The notes below the pieces were generated by a model that saw only the letters and a list, made by a program, of their open reading frames with translations, searched no databases and was not told the DNA's origin. From the IMG/VR virus record IMGVR_UViG_3300049855_000348, positions 62,001 through 126,000 of that record: 64,000 nucleotides of DNA, one strand, 5' to 3'. A program made the translations under genes and the position numbers. Below, one piece after another: positions 8,538 through 17,750 of this stretch. The first letter of the stretch is position 1, and every line of letters starts with the position of its first letter.

Positions 8538-9199
8538 TGCCTCCTCCACAACCACAACGACCGTTGTCCGACAAGGGTGACGTGGATGAGATCGGCGACC
8601 TGAAGGATCGCCGGACATGGCTGTCTGGCCTGCTGGTGCAGTTCGCCTACACCAACTTCCACCACGACCCACATCCGATCTGTGTGGTCCTGTACGCCGA
8701 CCGTCGGTACACCCATGCCATCAACGTCAGCTACCTGAGCGGTCAGCAGCGCCGGCAGTTCAAGGGTGGTCTGCGGATGTGGTACATGCTCGATCCTCGG
8801 CTGAAGTACCACTGGATGAAGATCTACAACAAGACGTGCTTGGTCGGCTATCGGACCTACTTCACCGGTCTGCTTCATCCGCTGACGGCTTGGCCCATTC
8901 AAGAGGTGAAGGACTCCATCCCGCAAGCCATGGGGCTGCTGGGCTCGATCAACGGCATCAAGCCGACGGACTGGGGCAAGTTCGCTGCTCGTGCCACCAA
9001 GGCGGCGACGGCTCGTGATCTGGCCATGAGCAACCGGCCTAGCGCCCGTCCTAATCAGCAGAGACCATCGAATCGTCCGAACGCAAGACCATTGGCGATT
9101 CGGGTTGGAGAAGCTATTCGACGGGCTGAACGTGGGATGAACCAGGGATCAATCCGACCGGGTCCTCTGCGACCACGTGGCCAGCGACCGGGGCAGTGA
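8537..9199 (+). CDS. Putative DNA end protector (T4 gp2-like)
   Basis: D..P.C.VL...AIN.SYL...R..F...YRTY pattern; basic C-terminal tail. Confidence 0.45.
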   Translation: MPPPQPQRPLSDKGDVDEIGDLKDRRTWLSGLLVQFAYTNFHHDPHPICVVLYADRRYTHAINVSYLSGQQRRQFKGGLRMWYMLDPRLKYHWMKIYNKTCLVGYRTYFTGLLHPLTAWPIQEVKDSIPQAMGLLGSINGIKPTDWGKFAARATKAATARDLAMSNRPSARPNQQRPSNRPNARPLAIRVGEAIRRAERGMNQGSIRPGPLRPRGQRPGQ

Positions 9200-9212
9200 T
9201 CGTGAATTTCGC

Positions 9213-9770
9213 TCACGGCTGATTCAAGGTATCGCCAGATAGACCAATGATCAGCCCACCAACAGAGATCATTGGTGTAACCATCGGAGAAATCTGCATG
9301 GTCATGTCGAGTTTTGCTTTGAATAAAACAGCACCTCTACCGGTTTTTGATTGACCGATTGAAATATGTGAAGCCAAGACGCTCTCCCCATCACACTCAG
9401 GGAAAGCGATGTCTAATGCATTCGTTATCGTTTTACCATCGAAAGCGAAACCACTACCACGTGGAACTGCGACACGATCGTAGTTCTTATAGCTCACTTC
9501 GTTGGTTGATTGATCGTCATTCGGTTCGCCATGATGCAGCGCAACATAGAATTTTTCTGACTCATCAACTGCCATCACCCTGTCGACTGGAAGACCACCA
9601 TCGCCGACCTGGACGGTATTTCCGAGATGCGGCAACACCTCAGGTGACGTTGGTTCGCGTTTGGTGATCTTGGGAAAGAGACCGGTCGCAGCGAGACCAT
9701 CCCAGTCCACACTGAACTTCATCAGTTCCTTCTGAGAGAGTCCGCCATCGCCGACAGGGATATCAGTCAT
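9213..9770 (-). CDS. Tail-fibre-associated structural-type domain with N-terminal VGDGGL tags
   Basis: FYVALH..P....TNEVSY..Y.RVA; paralog of 49074-49514; two VGDGGL copies. Confidence 0.7.
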   Translation of the reverse strand: MTDIPVGDGGLSQKELMKFSVDWDGLAATGLFPKITKREPTSPEVLPHLGNTVQVGDGGLPVDRVMAVDESEKFYVALHHGEPNDDQSTNEVSYKNYDRVAVPRGSGFAFDGKTITNALDIAFPECDGESVLASHISIGQSKTGRGAVLFKAKLDMTMQISPMVTPMISVGGLIIGLSGDTLNQP

Positions 9771-9957
9771 GAAGATCTTTCAGTGGAGTGAGCGTTGGCT
9801 TCAGGCCGATCTCTCTTGCCAGTTCTTCAGCCTCTTCTTCAGCCATTTCTTCAAGGATCTTCTGTCGCTCTCTAGCCTCAAGAGCCTCACGGAGCCGTTG
9901 GATACCAGGGCTCACCTTCTCCAAGCCACCATCATAGACCTGAATTGGATTGTTCAC
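9763..9957 (-). CDS. Small coiled-coil protein with IQVYDGGL motif
   Basis: Overlaps both neighbours in a minus-strand run. Confidence 0.7.
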   Translation of the reverse strand: MNNPIQVYDGGLEKVSPGIQRLREALEARERQKILEEMAEEEAEELAREIGLKPTLTPLKDLHD

Positions 9958-10324
9958 GTCTCTTCCCGAGGACGAAGGAGTTGAAGATGGATTCGAGGCA
10001 CCCCTCGTAGAGTAAGGTCGGCAGTGGATTACGAAACTGAATGTAGCTCATGGCATGGCCCATGCTCTCCAGCGTCTTGGTCAACTGGTCCATGTTCTGC
10101 ATCCCTTTGAGACGACGCTCGAAGTCGAGGATATTCGAGTGCTCAGCCCATTCGGGCTGCATGATACCCATGCGGAGGGCACGCTCATTGGTGTCGGCTT
10201 TGTAACCGCAGTTCTGACCGTTCTCGTCGAACAGGATCGCACCAACGTTGCAGCACTCATCGTGTCTGACTTGGTCGACGATCTTGAGGATCGAGTAGTT
10301 GCCGTATTTGGCCTTCTCATTCAT
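9932..10324 (-). CDS. DUF3037-like protein
   Basis: YSILK.V.....E..NVG.IL N-terminal signature. Confidence 0.6.
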   Translation of the reverse strand: MNEKAKYGNYSILKIVDQVRHDECCNVGAILFDENGQNCGYKADTNERALRMGIMQPEWAEHSNILDFERRLKGMQNMDQLTKTLESMGHAMSYIQFRNPLPTLLYEGCLESIFNSFVLGKRREQSNSGL

Positions 10325-10698
10325 GGGAGTCTCCTTACTGGTCCGCCGACTACGCCACTAGGTAGGCGCTTTTTGCTGGCTGCAAGGAGTTCATCTGCGT
10401 CGGTGTACTCGACAGCATTCCTCTCGCCTGGGTTTCCACCTCCGAGATCTCCATCACCGACATCAACTGAGATCGTCTGACCAACCTCGTCTACCTCAAC
10501 CTTCCTGTTGTTCCGATCGAGGATGATCTGGGCGATGGTGGAAGCCTTGATGGTGATCTGACCAACAGTGCCGTCCTTCATCTGAACTTTGATTTCGATC
10601 TCATCCTCCTCGGTGACATTGGCGTGGACGATTCTCCTCCCGACGTTGAGATCATCATCCGGAAAGTCCGAGAGGAGAGGATTGATTCCCTTTGCCAT
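10321..10698 (-). CDS. Hypothetical protein with ISVDVGDGDL motif
   Basis: ATGA overlap with the downstream gene. Confidence 0.7.
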   Translation of the reverse strand: MAKGINPLLSDFPDDDLNVGRRIVHANVTEEDEIEIKVQMKDGTVGQITIKASTIAQIILDRNNRKVEVDEVGQTISVDVGDGDLGGGNPGERNAVEYTDADELLAASKKRLPSGVVGGPVRRLP

Positions 10699-10702
10699 CT
10701 GA

Positions 10703-11179
10703 TCACCGCTTCGCAGCGATCAGCATGCACTTGTAGAGATTCCAGAACGCTGACCACGGACGTTTCTCGGTCAGTTCGTTGACCTCGATGAAGTGAATTA
10801 GTTCGATGACACTCCCCACGGTATCACAGGGAAAGTGCTCTAATTTCACCGTGTCGATGCCACCGTCGAGAACTTGAATGTTGTTCTCTTGGCTGTCGAC
10901 GTGTTTGAGGATGTCGTTGAGCAACGCTTTATGATCGATGCCTTCACTGTCGGTGAATTCACGCTTGCGGTTCTCTTCCTGAGCCGTCAGTAGAAGTTTG
11001 CGTAGGTCTTCATGTGAGACCACTCGTTCATGAATGGTATCACTACCGGCATCGATCTTCTCAACGTAGGTGAATTTCTTATCACCCTTCACGTAGATGA
11101 GATCGCCGACGATATGTCTGGACTGATCACCGGGTTCCTGGACCCGTATCCGCATCGGTTCTGTTTTTGTCTTGGCCAT
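10703..11179 (-). CDS. Hypothetical protein with IQVLDGGI motif
   Basis: TAATG overlap with the upstream gene. Confidence 0.75.
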   Translation of the reverse strand: MAKTKTEPMRIRVQEPGDQSRHIVGDLIYVKGDKKFTYVEKIDAGSDTIHERVVSHEDLRKLLLTAQEENRKREFTDSEGIDHKALLNDILKHVDSQENNIQVLDGGIDTVKLEHFPCDTVGSVIELIHFIEVNELTEKRPWSAFWNLYKCMLIAAKR

Positions 11180-12327
11180 TACTGGCTCCCTCCCGTGAGC
11201 TTCTTCGTCCCGAATGAGGTTGCCAGCGACTTAGCAACCTCGGCTTCCTTGCCGGTGCCGGCTGCGAGCAAGACACGGATGGCAGCCGTCTCAGCGAGTT
11301 GACTGCCTTCCTCCATGGCTTGCTCGACCACGAAGGTAGTGTTGTTCTTCCGACGCTCAGCGACCAACTGGAGGCTCTTGATCAGTTCCTCCATGGCCTT
11401 CTTGCCGATCGGCTTGCCGACGTTCTCACTCAGACTCTTGATGATGGCGGTAAGATCCTTGTCTTGCTCGCTGATCGAATCGTTGAGCCGCTGACGCATC
11501 CGATCCAGGATCGAGTCAGGGTTGAAGACACGTTCACGCAGGGCCACCGCGTTCTCGTCGATCATCCAGTAGTGATCCAGCGTGCAGGGGACCGATGAGC
11601 GACCAATGAGGAAGCTGGCGAACTGCTCAGGAGACAGAGCGATGCGGGCGATGGTCCGACCATCAGGGTTGTGGACCTCGATCGTCACATAGTGCTGGTG
11701 CTCGGACATGCTGCCGTTGAGATACCGCTGACCCGAGGTGATGGTCAGGGAGATCGTAGATCTGGAGCGTTCGAGATCTGACCAGTTGTTGTAGTCGTGC
11801 AGACCGTGCTGGGTGGACTGTTCGGCGTCGGTCCCCTCGTGCTTCTTGTGGCCATGCACATCAGCGCCCTTGCGAAGATTCTCAGCAGCGTCTTCGAGCT
11901 TCCGATGTGCCTGGATCAACTTGGCGAATGCCAGGATCTCTTCCTCAGAGATGGCCAGCATGCCCTTCGAGTTGCGGAAGCTGTAGTTCAGATTCAACTT
12001 CTCAGCCGCATTGATCCACGTACGGGCAGTGTGGTCAGAGACAGCGACGACACCCTGCTTCGGCAGGTAATTGATATCGTGGAGACCATCGGTCTTGAAT
12101 TGGACACGGTCGCAGTTGGCGTGCAGGTTGGAATCGACCGCCTCCGGTTTCACGTCAGTACGCTGTGCCTTGGCGACGACTGGACCTTCCAGGCCGATCT
12201 CATTTTCGATGTAGGAAACGGCGTCCAACAGTTCCTTCGGACCTTTGTACTCAACATTCCCAGCGAAGAGTGCCTTGGTGGACTTGGCCAGCGTCCGCAT
12301 GGCGATGATGAGCTTGTCGTTTTGCAT
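11179..12327 (-). CDS. Hypothetical protein, leaderless
   Basis: 382 aa; ATG 6 nt after promoter copy 4. Confidence 0.8.
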   Translation of the reverse strand: MQNDKLIIAMRTLAKSTKALFAGNVEYKGPKELLDAVSYIENEIGLEGPVVAKAQRTDVKPEAVDSNLHANCDRVQFKTDGLHDINYLPKQGVVAVSDHTARTWINAAEKLNLNYSFRNSKGMLAISEEEILAFAKLIQAHRKLEDAAENLRKGADVHGHKKHEGTDAEQSTQHGLHDYNNWSDLERSRSTISLTITSGQRYLNGSMSEHQHYVTIEVHNPDGRTIARIALSPEQFASFLIGRSSVPCTLDHYWMIDENAVALRERVFNPDSILDRMRQRLNDSISEQDKDLTAIIKSLSENVGKPIGKKAMEELIKSLQLVAERRKNNTTFVVEQAMEEGSQLAETAAIRVLLAAGTGKEAEVAKSLATSFGTKKLTGGSQ

Positions 12328-12333
12328 TGGATA

Positions 12334-12361
12334 CCCTTAGCGACCTTTTGGTCTAAGTCAA
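12334..12361 (-). promoter_or_regulatory. Repeated promoter, copy 4
   Basis: TTGACT-TAGACCAAAAGGTCGC-TAAGGG-TATCCA-ATG. Confidence 0.75.
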
Positions 12362-12362
12362 T

Positions 12363-12614
12363 TTATCTCTCTTGGACGACGATATCAACCGGCAGACTCC
12401 GATCGTTACGGAACGTCCGCTCGGTGGTCTTGAGGAGGATCACCAGACCCATCACGCCGAGGTCCTGGTTGTCGGGGTCGATCTGTTGAGTGGTATGCGG
12501 GATCTGATCACGTCCAACGAAGTAGGCGTGAGCGATCTCTGGAGCCTCGGCCAGAACTATCCCGATGATGTCACCGTGGTGATTCTTGGCGATGAAGATG
12601 AAGCGTTTGCGCAT
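12363..12614 (-). CDS. Hypothetical protein
   Basis: ORF in minus-strand run with an upstream AAGGA SD. Confidence 0.65.
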   Translation of the reverse strand: MRKRFIFIAKNHHGDIIGIVLAEAPEIAHAYFVGRDQIPHTTQQIDPDNQDLGVMGLVILLKTTERTFRNDRSLPVDIVVQER

Positions 12615-12784
12615 GCGAGTTCCTTGCGTTCTTGAAGCACGGTGTCAATGAAGGCACCGAGGCGCTTCACCGCTTTGAGATCAGTCTCACCAACACAGGA
12701 CAAGATTGGTCTGCCTGTACGGTCTCGAACGACCACTCGACAGTTGGAGACGGAGACCTTCAGGAAGAGATCGGGAATGGTCAT
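12557..12784 (-). CDS. Hypothetical protein
   Basis: ATGA overlap with the 12781 gene. Confidence 0.55.
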   Translation of the reverse strand: MTIPDLFLKVSVSNCRVVVRDRTGRPILSCVGETDLKAVKRLGAFIDTVLQERKELACANASSSSPRITTVTSSG

Positions 12785-13047
12785 GTTTTTTCGATTGAGA
12801 CAATCGAATCGGACTGCATCGCTATCGCTATGCTATCCTGAAAGTCAGCCAGAGCTAACCGCTCTTCCTCCGGCATCGGTTTACCTCGTTTCGCTTTTAC
12901 AACATGAAGTGGTTTGTGCTTCAATGAAGCACCGCCAGGGAAAGACTGGATAGCCGTCCAGATCGCCACCGATTGAGGAACCGGCAGGCCATCACCGACT
13001 TGAATCGATATGGTCAGATCCCGTGCCATCGTCCACACTGCTTGCAT
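12781..13047 (-). CDS. Hypothetical protein with ISIQVGDGL motif
   Basis: Start may be 13029; carries a tag variant. Confidence 0.6.
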   Translation of the reverse strand: MQAVWTMARDLTISIQVGDGLPVPQSVAIWTAIQSFPGGASLKHKPLHVVKAKRGKPMPEEERLALADFQDSIAIAMQSDSIVSIEKT

Positions 13048-13123
13048 CGTGGGGTGGGATAGTCTCGGCCAACATGACCATCCCAGTCATGCCAGCCGAT
13101 GAAGCAGAGAAATCCCTTCCAAG

Positions 13124-15049
13124 TCATGCGTACTGCTCCTGTGCGGCCTTCGCCGACTGCTTGCGGACCCAGCGATCGAAGATGCCGATCAGGTCGTTGA
13201 TGTTCTTGCAGGTCACCGTCTCGACGATGCCGGAGTGCTTCACCACCTCATCGAGCGACACCAGGAGGCACGCCTCGAAGCCGGCATCCTTGAGCATCTT
13301 CGAGAGCATGGGCACCTCGGTCTCGTACACCGCACCGTCGGTGAAGACGAAGGCTACCTTGCGGTTCGACTTGGCACGCAGGAGAGCCTTGACGCAACCA
13401 GTGCCGCAGGCGATCAGCGAGGTACCGCCATCCGAGTTGTGCTTGTTGCCGCGCACTGCCGAGACCTGCTCGTCGAGCGACTTGGTGATGGTGGCATCGG
13501 TGTTCCACACCACCTCAGCGTTCTCGCAGCTAGCAGCCTGGAGCGCAAAGAGAGCGTTGTGGGCGAAGCTGTTCAGCAAACCGTTGATGTTCGACGTGCT
13601 GCTGCTGAAGTCGGTAGCGACCACGCAGGCCACCGGCGCATCGGTGATCTCTTCGATCGAGTTCACGAAGGGCTTGCGGGCGAGCATGCCCTTGCGGTCA
13701 GCCGCCACCACGGTGGGCAGGTGCAGGCGACCGGTCTTCCGCAGACCGGCGACACGATCCATCACCAGCGTGCGCAGCTTGCGCATGCTCATCTTCACCC
13801 GGTTGGCGAAGTTCCGATCGACAGCGTCGGCAATCTTGGTGACGTTCACATCACCCTTCTCACTGCCGATGCCGCGAACGGTCGACAGATCGGTCTCCGG
13901 CATCTCGATTTCTTCGTTCTTGTCCGGGCCGTTCATCCCAGCCGAAGCCGAGTCGCCAGCGGCGTCTTCCTTGGCCTGAGCTTTCTTGGTGCGACCCACC
14001 TCGCCGACCTTGGCCTTGGCCTTCTCCAGGGCACCTTCCAGGTCTGCCGGCTGCTGAGCCTCCCCTTCCTGCTCGTTCTTCTTCTGGCCGCCAGAGCCAT
14101 TCTGAGAGGGTTTCGGCTCTTTGGGCTGCTGGGCACCGCCCTGGGGCTTGAAATCGTTCTGAGCGCCTTCCTGAGGCTCCTGATCGCCCTCCTCGCCACC
14201 CTCCCCCTCGCCATCCTCTTCCGGACGCTCTTTGGGGCGCTCGCCGGCACGACCAGCACCCGACTTGATGCGGATCTGGCTGTCGGCCTCCCCGTCTCCA
14301 CCACCCTCGCTGTCCTTCTGCTCACCCTTGGGAGCGGGCTGATCGTTGAGGATCTTGGTAGCCAGGGCAACGTTGGCTGACTTCTTGGCTTCCGGGAACA
14401 CGTCGAAGTAGGAGATGCACCACTTTTCCAGGGTGTCCTTGCTGACGGTCTTCAGACGGGTGATGCGCTGGGCTTCCTCGACCAGGGAGGCGAACTTATC
14501 CTTCCAGCCCGGCTGGTCTTCGTACTTCTTCTCGGCCACGTAGGCGTTGATCGAGTCGCTGGCAGCCAGACGGACCTCATCACCGCAGTGCGGGCGGAAG
14601 AAGAGCAACGCCCACAGGCTCGGATCGAAGTTCTCTTTCGACCAGGGGTCGCGGACGTTCTTGGCATCGGCAGCGTGCTCGTGGCCGGCTTCGTCATAGC
14701 GGTTGTTGGCGATGACGTTGATCGCCAGATTGGCCAGGACCGCCTCGTAGTGCGGACGGTTCAAGATGAACTGGCGTTCGATGCGGCAGTCGTCGATCAG
14801 GTTGGCGAGTTCACGCAGGTTGCCAGCCGGGTAGTTGGCCGGGTAGTTCAGGTGGCAGCACTCGTGGACCAGCACGGCGAAGCGGTCGTCTTCCTCCCAG
14901 TTGATCGCCGAGCCCATGATGACCTGACGGCCATTGGTGTGCGGGCCGTCGGACGGCAACCCAGCGATGACCTTGACCTGCTTGCCGGTGATGACCGTAG
15001 CGAAGGCAGAGGGCTTGGCGAAGTTGATGTTTGCTGATGCTTTGCTCAT
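13124..15049 (-). CDS. vWA-domain protein with N-terminal HExxH region (CobT-like MoxR partner), leaderless
   Basis: HECCH; long G/E/Q-rich linker; MIDAS residues DFSSS, GGT and FTDG. Confidence 0.85.
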   Translation of the reverse strand: MSKASANINFAKPSAFATVITGKQVKVIAGLPSDGPHTNGRQVIMGSAINWEEDDRFAVLVHECCHLNYPANYPAGNLRELANLIDDCRIERQFILNRPHYEAVLANLAINVIANNRYDEAGHEHAADAKNVRDPWSKENFDPSLWALLFFRPHCGDEVRLAASDSINAYVAEKKYEDQPGWKDKFASLVEEAQRITRLKTVSKDTLEKWCISYFDVFPEAKKSANVALATKILNDQPAPKGEQKDSEGGGDGEADSQIRIKSGAGRAGERPKERPEEDGEGEGGEEGDQEPQEGAQNDFKPQGGAQQPKEPKPSQNGSGGQKKNEQEGEAQQPADLEGALEKAKAKVGEVGRTKKAQAKEDAAGDSASAGMNGPDKNEEIEMPETDLSTVRGIGSEKGDVNVTKIADAVDRNFANRVKMSMRKLRTLVMDRVAGLRKTGRLHLPTVVAADRKGMLARKPFVNSIEEITDAPVACVVATDFSSSTSNINGLLNSFAHNALFALQAASCENAEVVWNTDATITKSLDEQVSAVRGNKHNSDGGTSLIACGTGCVKALLRAKSNRKVAFVFTDGAVYETEVPMLSKMLKDAGFEACLLVSLDEVVKHSGIVETVTCKNINDLIGIFDRWVRKQSAKAAQEQYA

Positions 15050-15055
15050 GCCCAG

Positions 15056-15083
15056 AGTATAGCGACAAAAAGGTCGCCGTCAA
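15056..15083 (-). promoter_or_regulatory. Repeated promoter, copy 5
   Basis: TTGACG-GCGACCTTTTTGTCGC-TATACT-CTGGGC-ATG. Confidence 0.85.
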
Positions 15084-15355
15084 CCTTCAGTTTGATTGCC
15101 TAATACTTTGACAAAGAGTTCCTTGACAAATTCATAAATCTCCTCTGGTGGAATCCCATCGGCACGCATCTGATCTAAGAGTGCATTTAGCTGGTCTGTG
15201 ATCGATAACCACTCGATTTTCTGTTTTTCACTAATTGTCCGTCCCTGCATTAGTTCTTCCAACACATGAAGAGAAACAGCATCACGACGGGAAAGCCTTT
15301 CATCAAGAGTCTCATCACCGTGATTAGTATCGTCCATGTTCATGATTAGCCCCAT
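15080..15355 (-). CDS. Hypothetical protein (AT-richer than neighbours)
   Basis: 91 aa; its stop codon lies inside the -35 box of promoter copy 5. Confidence 0.6.
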   Translation of the reverse strand: MGLIMNMDDTNHGDETLDERLSRRDAVSLHVLEELMQGRTISEKQKIEWLSITDQLNALLDQMRADGIPPEEIYEFVKELFVKVLGNQTEG

Positions 15356-16482
15356 TCCTGAGTGGGAGATTTGAACTGTGGCCGGAGGTTGTAACGCCCG
15401 AAGGCCGGCATGCGTACCTGCTTGACGATCTCCGCCACGGCATCCCGTTCCTTGATGGGATCGACATCGAAGTACAACTGGTCATGCAGGTCTCCACTGC
15501 CGAACAGATGAACACCGGCACAGGCCAGTCGAGACATCAGTTCCCACTTGCAAAGCTGAAGGGCGGTTTGAGCCCAGTGGTTCGGACGCTTGTACTCGGT
15601 ATCGCCAAGGTCGTAGTGGAAGCCGTTGAACTCCGCCAGCCGGCTGCTGATGCACTGTTCACGCCACTCGTTGACCAATGGGTAGACCTCCTGCAATCGA
15701 GCCAGGATGCGGTCGACGTTGCGGGCATCGCCACCGGCGTTGGCGTACAGGGTGGTGTGCAGAGCGCCGTAGATGTAGGCCAGGATGGTTTTCTTGGTGA
15801 GGTCACGATCCAGGCCATCGGCGACGAATAAGCCGTAGGCGTCTTCTGGTGGCTGGTAGCCGAGGTGCTGAAGGATCAGGTTGAACTCAGCAGCCGACCA
15901 GTCGAACTGAACCGTGAAGCGATCTGGGTGCGGCGGTCTGATCCTGGCACGCAGTGACCGTTCAACGTTGTGGTAGGGAGCCTTGGCACGGTAGCTGAGA
16001 GTGTTGCTGGCCCGGTAGGAGAACGTGCGGATCTTTCCATCCCAGTCCTGCATGGGGTGATGGTGCAGTTGCCAGAAGTACAGAGCGGTGTTGCGACAGA
16101 TGGCATCGGTGGTCGGGCTGACCTTGGGTACGATCTTGCAGGGTGCCTCTGCTGCCCAGGGAAAGACACCCGCTACCTGCTCAGGTTTGAAGATGCCCAG
16201 TTGGAAGACCAGGGCGAGGTAGGTGTCGATCGCCATGTAGATTGGAGCCGTGGCGATTAGTTGGGCAGCCAGACTCTGCACCTGTTCAACATTCAGTGAC
16301 CTGCCGTCACGAGTCTTCCCTAGATTAGCTGTGAAGAAATCGCGGCCCAAGTCGGCACCATCCAAGAAGCCTGCCAAAGTAGTAGCCTCAGGGGCCGTCT
16401 CGCGGACGGTGAACCCTTTGCGATCGGCTGGCACTCGTTCAGCGAGCGACATCCCCGACAATACGACAGACCTGACGGCCAT
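15346..16482 (-). CDS. Family A DNA polymerase-like protein (polymerase domain only)
   Basis: Motif A FDWSAAEF, motif B RDLTKKTILAYIYG, motif C LHDQLYF. Confidence 0.75.
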   Translation of the reverse strand: MAVRSVVLSGMSLAERVPADRKGFTVRETAPEATTLAGFLDGADLGRDFFTANLGKTRDGRSLNVEQVQSLAAQLIATAPIYMAIDTYLALVFQLGIFKPEQVAGVFPWAAEAPCKIVPKVSPTTDAICRNTALYFWQLHHHPMQDWDGKIRTFSYRASNTLSYRAKAPYHNVERSLRARIRPPHPDRFTVQFDWSAAEFNLILQHLGYQPPEDAYGLFVADGLDRDLTKKTILAYIYGALHTTLYANAGGDARNVDRILARLQEVYPLVNEWREQCISSRLAEFNGFHYDLGDTEYKRPNHWAQTALQLCKWELMSRLACAGVHLFGSGDLHDQLYFDVDPIKERDAVAEIVKQVRMPAFGRYNLRPQFKSPTQEWG

Positions 16483-16614
16483 TGCGAAGGCTTCCGGCTT
16501 ACCCCTGGAACATGCGAGACATTATGCTGAGCGTGATCGTCGGTGGCATGGGGTCATCTGTCCACTTCGAGTCAGGGCAGCATGCGAGCGTTTCGCTCGC
16601 CTTGTGGCCAACAC

Positions 16615-16908
16615 TTACGAGTGACGCTTGATGCGCTCTTCGAGCACGCGACGTTCGATGTTGTGCAGTGCCTCGGCGTGACGTGACTGTTCTTGGCTCT
16701 TCACGATCTGCAAGGCGAGCGGGACGATGCCGTGTTGCTTGGTCAGCAGACCAACGGTCAGCAGTTCCTTGTGGTACTGAGGCAAGCCTGAATCCTGAAT
16801 GAGCTTCGTGAACTCGTCACACGCCTTGGGATCATCGAGATTCAGGTTGCGGTACTTGGCGAAGATCTCCTGAAGTTGATCACCGAGGGAGCGAGACGGT
16901 TGAGGCAT
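16615..16908 (-). CDS. Hypothetical protein
   Basis: GGAG SD; downstream of a variant promoter copy. Confidence 0.7.
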   Translation of the reverse strand: MPQPSRSLGDQLQEIFAKYRNLNLDDPKACDEFTKLIQDSGLPQYHKELLTVGLLTKQHGIVPLALQIVKSQEQSRHAEALHNIERRVLEERIKRHS

Positions 16909-16932
16909 GGAAGACTCCAGATTGGGAAGGTC

Positions 16933-16960
16933 GTGTTAGCGACACTGCGGCTGATGTAAA
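16933..16960 (-). promoter_or_regulatory. Repeated promoter, copy 6 (variant)
   Basis: TTTACA-TCAGCCGCAGTGTCGC-TAACAC. Confidence 0.5.
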
Positions 16961-16967
16961 GGGCTGG

Positions 16968-17636
16968 CTACTGAGCGGGGTCGTAGTTCACATCGCCCTG
17001 CTTTTCTCTTTCTTCTTGCTTTTGTTTTTCCCTGATCTCTTTCGTCAACTTGCTCAGTTTTCGGAACGCCGGCCAGTTGAGGTAGATGACGTAAAGCAGC
17101 GGCAAGAAGGCGAACGAATCGTAAGGCTTTGGTAGCATTCCGCACACTGGGATCATGAAACAAAAGAAGCTAGATTTTATGAGAGTCAGCGTCATGCGTG
17201 TTGTTTCCACGCTATCGTTGTGAATCTTTCTCTTTTCTGCTTTCAACACGATCTCATTGTCTGCCAAGATCTGTTTCTTCAACAGATCCTCTGGCGTGTA
17301 GGTCGACTTGAATTTCTCAATTATTTTCGCCTCGTGGTCGTTCATCCACTCATTGAAGTTCTTTTGTGCGTGTATCGTCGGCAAGGAGTGCTCTGTTCCC
17401 ATCCTCATCGCATGAGCAATGTTTTCGATTCTGAAATAATCCAGACCAATACGGGTTTTGTCTTCTGCTGGTTTACTGAAGTCCTCGTCGGCGATCTCTT
17501 TCGCACGTTTGACGATCCACTCATGTGATCGAGTGATGCCACATAACTGATCATCGAAGGCTTCGGCTTCGGCCTTGGCGAAGAACGGATCGACCGGCAG
17601 CGTCGGATACTCAGCACCATCAGCAGCTTCATTCAT
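16968..17636 (-). CDS. Membrane protein with two C-terminal hydrophobic segments
   Basis: Probable start MNEAADG; hydrophobic segments near the C-terminus. Confidence 0.65.
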   Translation of the reverse strand: MNEAADGAEYPTLPVDPFFAKAEAEAFDDQLCGITRSHEWIVKRAKEIADEDFSKPAEDKTRIGLDYFRIENIAHAMRMGTEHSLPTIHAQKNFNEWMNDHEAKIIEKFKSTYTPEDLLKKQILADNEIVLKAEKRKIHNDSVETTRMTLTLIKSSFFCFMIPVCGMLPKPYDSFAFLPLLYVIYLNWPAFRKLSKLTKEIREKQKQEEREKQGDVNYDPAQ

Positions 17637-17750
17637 CGTCTCACCACCGGTCCTCAACATAGTACGTTTGTTACCAACGGAAGCGCCCAGGGTATTTCTA
17701 CCCTGGGCGGAGTGGCCACCGATGCCATTGAAGTCCTCAAACCAACCCAT

